The notes below the pieces were generated by a model. The model saw only the letters and a program-made list of their open reading frames with translations. It searched no databases and was not told the DNA's origin. Below, piece after piece: positions 56,894 to 64,000 of a DNA stretch of 64,000 nucleotides. The DNA is taken from NCBI GenBank assembly GCA_002842095.1, contig PHCB01000006.1, positions 206,044 to 270,043 of the forward strand. The letters run 5' to 3'. This DNA is from a candidate division BRC1 bacterium HGW-BRC1-1 (GTDB taxonomy: Bacteria > Sumerlaeota > Sumerlaeia > Sumerlaeales > Sumerlaeaceae). Position numbers and translations under genes: made by a program. How positions within the stretch are numbered: position 1 is the stretch's first letter; every line of letters starts with the position of its first letter.

Positions 56894-58831
56894 ATGCCAA
56901 CCATCACGGCCATTGAATTTACACATGCTGAATGCCGCGTTGCACTTGCCGAAACGGGCAAGGGCAAGCCGGCCCTGAAACATCTTTTTGCCTTCGCCAT
57001 ACCACGCCCCGAGGACCTCGCCGAGCGCGTGGAAAAGCGTGCGGCTCTGCTGCGCGATGCGCTCAAAAACCACAAGATCAAACCCGGTCGCGTGCGTGTG
57101 CTCATCCCCAAGAACGAAGTCATGGCCCGCATGGTGACTCTGCCCGGAACCACCGAGGCGGAACTCAACAGCATGGCCCGCTTCGAGGCCGAGCGCCACA
57201 TCCCCTTCAACCCCGAACGCCACATCGTGTCGCACCACGTTCTCTCGCACCTCGGCGTGCAGGGCAGCCAGGTGCTGCTGACCGCCGTGGACCTGCCCGT
57301 GGCGAAGGAATATCTCGACACCTGCACCGCCGCCGGCCTCACCGTGGAACAGCTTGGCGTGGCGTCGCTCTCCATGTTCAACGCCCTCTCGGCCTTCAAA
57401 GACGCCGAGATTGCCGACAAGGTGGTGGCGCTGGTGAACGTGGGCATGAACTCCACGGACTTCATCATCGCCAGCAATGGCATCCTCAACTTCACCCGCA
57501 GCAGCAGTGCGGGCATCGCGCGTCTCATGGCCGACCTGGAGGAGGCCGGCACTCCCCTGCCCGGTGGCATCCAGAGCCTCAACCTCATCGACGCGCAGGA
57601 ACCCACCCGTTTCTTCCGTCCCTCGGCGGCTGCTGCTGCATCCGCCCCCGCCGCGCCTCCCATGGATCCTTACGACAGCATCTACGACATGCCGAGCATC
57701 CAGATCGAGGGCGACACCATCATCACCGGCTCCGGCGTTGAACCCGCGTCGAAGCCCGCGCCCCCCGCCGACCCCGGCACCGCCGCCTTCAATGACTGGC
57801 TCCAGCGTCTCATGCAGGAAATCCGGCGGACCTACGAATACGCCCGCCGCGAATTCAACTGCCCGCCCATCAGCGAGTTTTACTTCACCGGCGAGGGCAC
57901 CCTGCTGCGCAACCTCGCGCCCGTGGTGGAGCAAGCCCTGTCCACCACTTCCATCGCCATCGATCCGACCATCGCCTTCGACGTCCCCCCGCGCCTCGAT
58001 CCGGAAATCGCGCTCCTGCGCCCCTCCGCCGCGGCCCTGGCGGGCCAGTTCATGCAGGCCGGAACCCACACCGTTCAAGTCAACCTGCTGCCCCCCGAAT
58101 ACATGGAGAAGCGCGCCAACAAACGCCAGCAGCAGAGTCTCATCGTCAGCGCGGTCATGCTCGTGGTTTTGCTGGTGTTGCTCTTCCTCTGGGCATCCGA
58201 CGCCGTAACACGCCAGCGTGAAGGACTCGTGCTGCTCAAAGACAAAAACCGCGACATGAAAACCCAGGTCGACGAACTCGAATCCATGAAGAGCCGCCTG
58301 CAAATCATGGAGAAATCCTTCAAGGACAGCCACAGCGCCCTCAAGATTCTCGACGACATCAGCGGGCTGGCGATGATCCCCGAGACCATCACCCTCACCC
58401 GGTTTGAGTACAAGAAAGACGACGAAGTCAAAATCCAGGGCCACGCCAAAACCTTCGCCGACATCAATCGCTTCCGCATGGAGCTCGAAAAGATGGGCTT
58501 CTTCAGCGAGGTTAAACAGGACGAGGGCAGCGGCAAGCCGCGCGTGCTGCAGCGGCGCACGGAACCGATCTTCGAGTTCTTCATGACGGCGAAATTCGCC
58601 AAGGGCAACGCCCGCAACCAACGCACCAGCGACCGAAGCTCCACGCGCGATGAAACCAGCGCGCCCACCGACGAGAACCCGGTTAATGAAGGAGCAGAAG
58701 CCGCGGCCCCCACCGAACCGACCGTCGTCGATGAGGGTGGCGACCTCGAAACCACCGCGGGCGATGCCGCCGACACACCCGAACCACCCGCAGAAAACCC
58801 GGCCGAGGAGACCACCAATGGCGCTCAGTAA
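56894..58831 (+). CDS. PilM-PilN fusion (GspL-equivalent)
   Basis: Actin-like PilM features (RFEAERHIPF, ALVNVG..ST, EIRRT, FTGEG), then VNLLP, a TM helix, coiled coil, V.IQG.A and an acidic tail. Confidence 0.8.
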   Translation: MPTITAIEFTHAECRVALAETGKGKPALKHLFAFAIPRPEDLAERVEKRAALLRDALKNHKIKPGRVRVLIPKNEVMARMVTLPGTTEAELNSMARFEAERHIPFNPERHIVSHHVLSHLGVQGSQVLLTAVDLPVAKEYLDTCTAAGLTVEQLGVASLSMFNALSAFKDAEIADKVVALVNVGMNSTDFIIASNGILNFTRSSSAGIARLMADLEEAGTPLPGGIQSLNLIDAQEPTRFFRPSAAAAASAPAAPPMDPYDSIYDMPSIQIEGDTIITGSGVEPASKPAPPADPGTAAFNDWLQRLMQEIRRTYEYARREFNCPPISEFYFTGEGTLLRNLAPVVEQALSTTSIAIDPTIAFDVPPRLDPEIALLRPSAAALAGQFMQAGTHTVQVNLLPPEYMEKRANKRQQQSLIVSAVMLVVLLVLLFLWASDAVTRQREGLVLLKDKNRDMKTQVDELESMKSRLQIMEKSFKDSHSALKILDDISGLAMIPETITLTRFEYKKDDEVKIQGHAKTFADINRFRMELEKMGFFSEVKQDEGSGKPRVLQRRTEPIFEFFMTAKFAKGNARNQRTSDRSSTRDETSAPTDENPVNEGAEAAAPTEPTVVDEGGDLETTAGDAADTPEPPAENPAEETTNGAQ

Positions 58832-59417
58832 ACGTGAGATGAAAATTCTATGGCTCACGGGCATTGTCGTGGCCGGCGTTACCCTGTGGCAGACCGTCCT
58901 CGGCCCATCCTGGGACGCCTACACCGGCCAGCAAGAAGCCCTCGACAGCGAGCGCGCCAAGTACAACGCCAACGTGGAAACGCTGAACAAGCGCCGCGAG
59001 ATCGAGGACGGGTTCCGCAAGATCGAAGCCTCCTTCCCCAAGGAAGACCCCGACCGTGTGCCCGAGGACGCCTTCTCCGAAGACGCCATGTTCGCCGCCC
59101 AAACCATCCTGCCGGGCCGCGTGCCCCAACCCGGACGCGTGGAACGCGAAGAAATTCCCGACGTGGAAGATTACGAAATTCTCACCTTCCCCATCACCTC
59201 CGTGGGCGAGCTGGAGAACATCGCCCTGCTGCTCAAAGGCTTCGACCAGAAAGGTTTCCTCGTGAAAAACCTCATGATCACCCATGCCAAATCCATCGAT
59301 GATCCGGACCTGCGCCTCGAAATAACCCTCGCCCGCATCGTCAAAGTGGATCAACCCGAGATGCGCCCCAGCGGCCTGGGATTACGCCGCGGAACCCGGT
59401 CAGGAGTGCGCCCGTGA
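58818..59417 (+). CDS. GspM/PilO-like protein
   Basis: GAGGAG RBS, LSKRE then TM, coiled coil and ferredoxin-like C-terminus; position in the operon. Confidence 0.75.
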   Translation: MALSKREMKILWLTGIVVAGVTLWQTVLGPSWDAYTGQQEALDSERAKYNANVETLNKRREIEDGFRKIEASFPKEDPDRVPEDAFSEDAMFAAQTILPGRVPQPGRVEREEIPDVEDYEILTFPITSVGELENIALLLKGFDQKGFLVKNLMITHAKSIDDPDLRLEITLARIVKVDQPEMRPSGLGLRRGTRSGVRP

Positions 59418-59935
59418 ATCGTCAGAGCCTCATCATAAACCTCACCCTGTTGCTCGCCATCATCGGTGTGACGTACCTCATCTACACCGCCCCCGAAGAA
59501 CAGGAAAAGCTGCCCACGCCCATCACCATGGCAGCAGCCCCGCCGCGCGAAACCAATTTCGACCCCGAAAGCGTGCGTAACACATACACCAATTTCGGCG
59601 AGGCCAAGCTCTACCAGGCCATCATGACCCCCACGCCCACGCCCACGCCACCACCGCCACCGCCCGAGAAAACGCCCGACATCCACAACGCGCTGAAGGC
59701 CTGGCGCCTTATGGGAGCCGGCGACGGCGAGGCAACCATCGAAGACCGCGGCGCCAAGGAAGACAGCGACCAACGCATCTTTTTCATGAAGGTTGGCGAG
59801 GAACGAGAAGTGAACACCGAAGTCGGCGGCAAAAAAGCCAAGCTCTCGAAAATCGACCAATCCGGCGACGTCCCCGCCGTGGAATTCACCATGGAAGGCA
59901 GCGCCGAAACCAAAAAGGTGAAGATGGAATTCTAG
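59414..59935 (+). CDS. GspC/PilP-like bitopic protein with Pro/Thr linker
   Basis: GTGA overlap with the previous gene, TM, TPTPTPTPPPPP, W.L.G...A.IED..F.MKVGE. Confidence 0.6.
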   Translation: MNRQSLIINLTLLLAIIGVTYLIYTAPEEQEKLPTPITMAAAPPRETNFDPESVRNTYTNFGEAKLYQAIMTPTPTPTPPPPPPEKTPDIHNALKAWRLMGAGDGEATIEDRGAKEDSDQRIFFMKVGEEREVNTEVGGKKAKLSKIDQSGDVPAVEFTMEGSAETKKVKMEF

Positions 59936-59950
59936 CGTGGGCTTTTACAG

Positions 59951-59974
59951 GAGGGGGACATTCCTGTCCCCCTC
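59951..59974. repeat. Perfect palindrome (REP-like, possible terminator of the gsp operon)
   Basis: GAGGGGGACA-TTCC-TGTCCCCCTC. Confidence 0.8.
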
Positions 59975-60566
59975 GTCTGTCACAGGTTATGGACTTGTGG
60001 CTGCTGGTCGCGGCTCTCTCCCACTGCCCCCTCTCCTATCTCCAACCACAAACCCCGCCTTCGCGAGCACATAAATCCACAACGGCTGAATGAACGGTCG
60101 AATTTCTAACTGCAAGGCTAAATTAATAGTTGCAGGCTCACCCTTTTACACGGTAACTCTGTGTACGAACGCGATTAAGCACCACACCCATCGCGCTCGA
60201 AATCCGAATTTGATTCAAGGCCCCGCAAGAAGGAGGATCAACACCCTCTCGAAACCGCGCAACGCGCCCCGGCCGCCTCAGTGGACAGGGACGCCTCGCT
60301 ACCCGTTCGTTTCGAGATCGTGAAAAATGTAACAGGCGAACCGAACCGCTGTGACCCCGACGCCGGGTAGATCAGGGGAAAAAATCTCCCCGACGACGAC
60401 GCCACAATCTTCACCCCCCGCTCTTCGGCCCCGCCAGAAACCATAAGCCCTCCATGCAGGCTTGGAACTTCCGTGTGCCACTTAAAAACCGGACCACCCA
60501 CAGAACCGAATGTGCATGAACCCCATCGTCGGAACAGCAGCAGCAACCAAGGAAGGGTGCAGAGAA

Positions 60567-61028
60567 GTGGAAATTGACGTACGCAACAAGTGCAAGACGA
60601 ACATCATCACGGGCCATCGCCTGAAGAAGATCACGAACAACGTCCTGAAACTGGTGCTCGAGGAGAAAGGCCGCGCCAACGCGGAAGTCTCCATTGTATT
60701 TGTCGATGACGCCGAAATGCGCAACCTCAACCGGAACTTCCGGGGCATCAACAAGAGCACAGACGTGCTCGCCTTCCCCATGAACACAGGCAAGTTCGCC
60801 AACATCAACCCGGACCTCCTGGGCGATATCGTCATCAGCGTCCCCACGGCCCGCAAATACGCCGAGATGAACGAGCGCTCCCTGGAGCGCGAGCTGTCCG
60901 TCCTGCTCATCCACGGCGTGCTTCATCTGCTCGGCTTCGACCACGAATCCGCCAAGGAAGAAGTGGCCATGCGCGAGCTCGAAAGCGAATTCCTCATGCT
61001 GGTGGAAGAAGAACTCACCTTCGCCTGA
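60567..61028 (+). CDS. ybeY: rRNA maturation endoribonuclease YbeY
   Basis: M..LN..FRG..K.TDVLAF, LGDIVIS, HGVLHLLGFDH; GTG start after AAGGAAGG. Confidence 0.95.
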   Translation: MEIDVRNKCKTNIITGHRLKKITNNVLKLVLEEKGRANAEVSIVFVDDAEMRNLNRNFRGINKSTDVLAFPMNTGKFANINPDLLGDIVISVPTARKYAEMNERSLERELSVLLIHGVLHLLGFDHESAKEEVAMRELESEFLMLVEEELTFA

Positions 61029-61060
61029 GAGCAACCCAACAGGCAGGTAAGTTGAACCAG

Positions 61061-61094
61061 GGGCAGGCCGCCAAAGCCTGCCCTTTGCTATTTT
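61061..61094 (+). terminator. Rho-independent terminator after ybeY
   Basis: GGGCAGGC-7 nt-GCCTGCCC followed by TTTGCTATTTT. Confidence 0.8.
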
Positions 61095-61108
61095 CAGGGG
61101 GCGAGGGG

Positions 61109-61144
61109 ATGGACGATATGGACACTATGGACGTTATGGAACGC
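61109..61144 (+). repeat. 9-bp tandem array, 4 x ATGGA(C)-NNN
   Basis: atggacgat atggacact atggacgtt atggaacgc; the last unit runs into the next repeat. Confidence 0.9.
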
Positions 61145-61289
61145 CAATCTCCTGATTGGCACCCACAAGACACAAGGCGCAGGTGAGGCGGCTTCTCAGG
61201 CAGAGAAAGTCCGCTTTATTTTCTTCTCGGTGTCTTACCAGCGCTCCTCCTCGCCCGTTTAAAAGCGCCAATCAGGAGATTGGCGTTCC
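61138..61289. repeat. Perfect 23-bp inverted repeat pair, each arm itself palindromic (REPIN/MITE-like)
   Basis: GGAACGCCAATCTCCTGATTGGC (61138-61160) and GCCAATCAGGAGATTGGCGTTCC (61267-61289); degenerate copy at 62822-62846. Confidence 0.9.
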
Positions 61290-61309
61290 CAGGAAAAAAA
61301 GCTTCCCCC

Positions 61310-61367
61310 AAACAAAGAAGCGGGGGCGCTTCAGCGCGGAGAACTCCGCCACCGATGCGCCCCCGCT
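61310..61367 (-). terminator. Terminator for 61409..62482
   Basis: AGCGGGGGCGC / GCGCCCCCGCT 11-bp stem with an internal hairpin, then TCTTTGTTT on the minus strand. Confidence 0.7.
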
Positions 61368-61408
61368 AAGGGGTTTTATTTCAAACCAGGACTAAACCCG
61401 CGAAGGGA

Positions 61409-62482
61409 TTAGTACAGGCTCCACTCGTTGACGGCAGCAGCCGGCGTGGTGGGCTTGGTGTAGACCTGGATGACGCCATCGGGGGTACCCGTATTCACAC
61501 CACCATTGAGGACATACAGATAATCCACGCCACCAGCAGTATAAGCGGCGCAGTCGCCAGCACGATAAATGCCAGCCAGCGTCTGAATCACGTTGCCCGT
61601 GGCAGCATCAACCACATACGCATTGTTCTCCGTGCCACCGGCCGCTACGTCCCAGTTGCCATGGATCAGAGTGTCGTCCTTGGCAAAGTAGGTCAGAGAA
61701 GGCTTGACTTGGAACGAGGTGTCGAAGGGCGGAGGTGTGCCACCGGTCTCCCAAGGGGTAACCGTGGTGTAGCCAGCGGGTGCTGCTGCCGTGCCGCCCG
61801 TCACCTTGACGACTTTGCCGCTCTTCATGAGGAAGATCTCGTCATTGCCGCCGACGGTGTCTTGCTTGATGGCGACGTCGCGGACATAGAGGCCAGCAGT
61901 CCAGGGCCAGCTCGTGATCTCGTCGCCGGTTGTAGTGTTAAACACGACGGCTGCGGAGCCGTGCAGGTTAACGGCAAGGAGGGTTCCATTGCTGAACAGG
62001 GCGTTGCCACTGAAGCGAGCCTGGGCGGAAGGATAGAGAACGGTGCCAGCAGTGCCGAACGCTGCAGCTGCGGTACCGGTGCTATCGAATTTCCGAATCT
62101 TCGACGGGGTAACAACTCCCGCGCCGTCGTCACCCGAGAGGTAGACGTTGTTAGCGGCGTCGGTGCTGATGCCCTGCCAACCGTTCCCCAGATCCTCGGT
62201 AGAGGCCGACGTAACCAGCGTGTAGGTGGGCGTGGTGAGGCTGGTGGTGGGTGCGGTGGCTGACCAGACCAGCTTGTCGGTGGCGCCTGGGGTGACGGCG
62301 ACGTACATTTTGCCAGCCGAGTCGACAGCAATGCGGACGGCTGCGATACTGTGATCCGTCGCGGGTGTGAAGTTGGAGGGGGCACCGAAGCTACCGGCGA
62401 AGGCCCAGTCGGCGGGTCCGGCGAAGGCGACGCCCGACGCGAGAGCGACGGCCGCGGTCAGGAACATAACTTGTTTACGCAT
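61409..62482 (-). CDS. Secreted beta-propeller (NHL-like) protein with C-terminal AAAVNEWSLY tail
   Basis: AAGGAG RBS, signal peptide MRK...AFA/G, IAVDSAGKMYV, ISTDAANNVYL, IRKFDSTG...FG..G. Confidence 0.85.
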   Translation of the reverse strand: MRKQVMFLTAAVALASGVAFAGPADWAFAGSFGAPSNFTPATDHSIAAVRIAVDSAGKMYVAVTPGATDKLVWSATAPTTSLTTPTYTLVTSASTEDLGNGWQGISTDAANNVYLSGDDGAGVVTPSKIRKFDSTGTAAAAFGTAGTVLYPSAQARFSGNALFSNGTLLAVNLHGSAAVVFNTTTGDEITSWPWTAGLYVRDVAIKQDTVGGNDEIFLMKSGKVVKVTGGTAAAPAGYTTVTPWETGGTPPPFDTSFQVKPSLTYFAKDDTLIHGNWDVAAGGTENNAYVVDAATGNVIQTLAGIYRAGDCAAYTAGGVDYLYVLNGGVNTGTPDGVIQVYTKPTTPAAAVNEWSLY

Positions 62483-62694
62483 AATCTAAAACTCCTTGTT
62501 AAAATAATAACACATGGGAAATTTCACGCCGGACATCGATTGATAGTCCGGGTGATCTTTCCTGCAAATACAGTGGGCGATGCCGTGGAGATATTACAAG
62601 CATAAAATGAAGGCATATTGCTGATGGTTGAGAGAAATCACTGCGTCCAAAGACATGCCAGCCGCATAGACGCAAGCCGTTTGACAACAGATTT

Positions 62695-62708
62695 TTACGA
62701 ATTCGTAA
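62695..62708. promoter_or_regulatory. Perfect 14-bp palindrome, candidate operator
   Basis: TTACGAATTCGTAA, 8 nt downstream of a TTGACA (62681-62686) in the divergent intergenic region. Confidence 0.45.
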
Positions 62709-62755
62709 CAAAATAACCAAGCCGGGTTTTGGGAGGGGGATGAGGTGTGGGGGAG

Positions 62756-62800
62756 ATGGACGGGATGGACTTTATGGACGGTCTGGACACAATGGACACC
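62756..62800 (+). repeat. 9-bp tandem array, 5 x (A/C)TGGAC-NNN
   Basis: atggacggg atggacttt atggacggt ctggacaca atggacacc. Confidence 0.95.
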
Positions 62801-63060
62801 CGCCCGAAGCCTCCTGCCTGGACCAATCAAGAGATGGTGTTCCCGGCAAAAACACATCTGTATTATCTCTTCTGCTTTTCTTTGTGTCTTGGTGGCTTTG
62901 TGTCAAAGCATCTGCATTTTGGTTAACCGCACACGACGAAATGTTTGCCGCTGCGGCGAAACGGATATTTCACTATTCTCGTCTTGACAATCCTAGGCGG
63001 GTTGTCTCCCGTCTGTGACCTGTAGCTACACCATCAATCCATCTTAGAAGGGTTCTAATA

Positions 63061-63924
63061 ATGCGTAAACTTATGTTATTTGCATTGGTAAGTGTGGCCT
63101 CCTCGGCTGCGTTTGCCGCGAGCGTCACAGAAACATTTGCCGGCTTGTCTGGCAACGGAACTGCCGTCCTGACCGGCACCTCGTCCATCCCTGGATTCAC
63201 GCTGAACACTGGCGGCAGCGCAGCCCCATTCTCGAAGGTCGGGAACACGGAAGCTTTTCCGGGCCTTGCCAATAATGTTTATTTCGACACGGATGGTTCG
63301 GTGAACGACTGGCCCCAGTTTGACGGCGGCACCATCAACACGAACGCCAATGTGGTTCAGGTCGCCGTTCCGTTGAAGGTAAAGTCGCTTGGTGCTGCCG
63401 CCGCAAATTGCAGCGTGGACATCCTGACGTTGGACCAGACGGCCGGCGCGTACTCGCCTTACTTCAACTTCCGCGCCTCCGGTGGAATTTTCCGCACAAC
63501 GGACGAGAATGGTTGGCCCGGAGTTGCCAGCCCGCTCAGCACCACAGCCTTCGATCCGGCCTCGCCAAACAACTGGCGTGACGCCGACAGCGGACGCTGG
63601 CATCTGCTGGTCTTCAAGATCTCCCCGAGCACGACTGCGGGAGCCGGAGCTTATACGGTATGGGACATCAACCCCAGCACCGGAGCTGCGACTGTGGTAC
63701 AGACCTACACGGGTGCCACGAACGGTGCCGTTCAGGCGACCGTGAACCGCTTCTGCGCCGGTCTCTGCATCGCCGGAGGCGCGGTGAGCGACACAAACAC
63801 ACGAATCCTGATCGACGACATCACCTTCTGGGATGACGCTTTCGCGTCGGACACCGCCTTCCTTGAGGCTGCCCGGGCCAAGTACAACGTCGTGTCCGGC
63901 GTCTCCGACTGGCAATTGTTCTAA
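63061..63924 (+). CDS. Secreted beta-sandwich (LamG/ConA-like) protein with C-terminal SGVSDWQLF tail
   Basis: Signal peptide MRK...AFA/A; G.WH.LV, G.YTVW, IDDI.FW are typical of lectin-like sandwiches. Confidence 0.8.
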   Translation: MRKLMLFALVSVASSAAFAASVTETFAGLSGNGTAVLTGTSSIPGFTLNTGGSAAPFSKVGNTEAFPGLANNVYFDTDGSVNDWPQFDGGTINTNANVVQVAVPLKVKSLGAAAANCSVDILTLDQTAGAYSPYFNFRASGGIFRTTDENGWPGVASPLSTTAFDPASPNNWRDADSGRWHLLVFKISPSTTAGAGAYTVWDINPSTGAATVVQTYTGATNGAVQATVNRFCAGLCIAGGAVSDTNTRILIDDITFWDDAFASDTAFLEAARAKYNVVSGVSDWQLF

Positions 63925-64000
63925 ATAGAAGGATTTCGCCCGCACCAGATTGATGGCGAAAAACAATTAAATCCCCCGGGATCGGCATCCAAGCCGGTTC

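Noticed and set aside
61201-61213. GAGAAAGTCCG resembling the RNase P RNA GAGGAAAGUCC motif
   Set aside because: Imperfect match, no matching 3' P4 strand, and too little room inside the inverted-repeat pair.

Overview
GC-rich bacterial chromosomal window, almost fully coding with about 55 CDS. I see no rRNA, tRNA, CRISPR array, prophage or transposase. Gene content and protein style suggest a PVC-like or candidate-phylum diderm; Ca. Sumerlaeota/BRC1 is my guess from memory and is unverified. Contents in order: heme-copper oxidase coxB-coxA with ctaB/ctaA, envelope proteins, a Ser/Thr kinase, pta, phoH plus a 7TM-HD phosphodiesterase, fabG, truB, oppABC, a radC fusion, a giant RlmI-type methyltransferase, copZ, an NlpC/P60 protein, iscS, dsbD, wzt, hldE, csp, iscA, a type II secretion cluster (E,F,H,I,J,K,L/PilMN,M,C-like; no G, D or O), ybeY and two divergent secreted proteins. 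Best leads: (1) the two unrelated secreted proteins share a C-terminal V-x-[DE]-W-x-L-[YF] tail, a candidate protein-sorting signal next to the T2SS; (2) oxidase subunit I keeps all metal ligands but has both D- and K-proton-channel residues substituted, with a degenerate subunit III about 43 kb away; (3) nine intergenic arrays of 9-bp units (ATGGAC/ATGGGA plus a variable triplet); (4) a kinase with a GspG-like extracytoplasmic domain; (5) an RlmI with a ~500-aa disordered basic/acidic extension; (6) a recurring DGxT[ST]/TTxT motif in exported proteins. Start codons were refined by eye, and all family calls come from motif recognition, not database searches.
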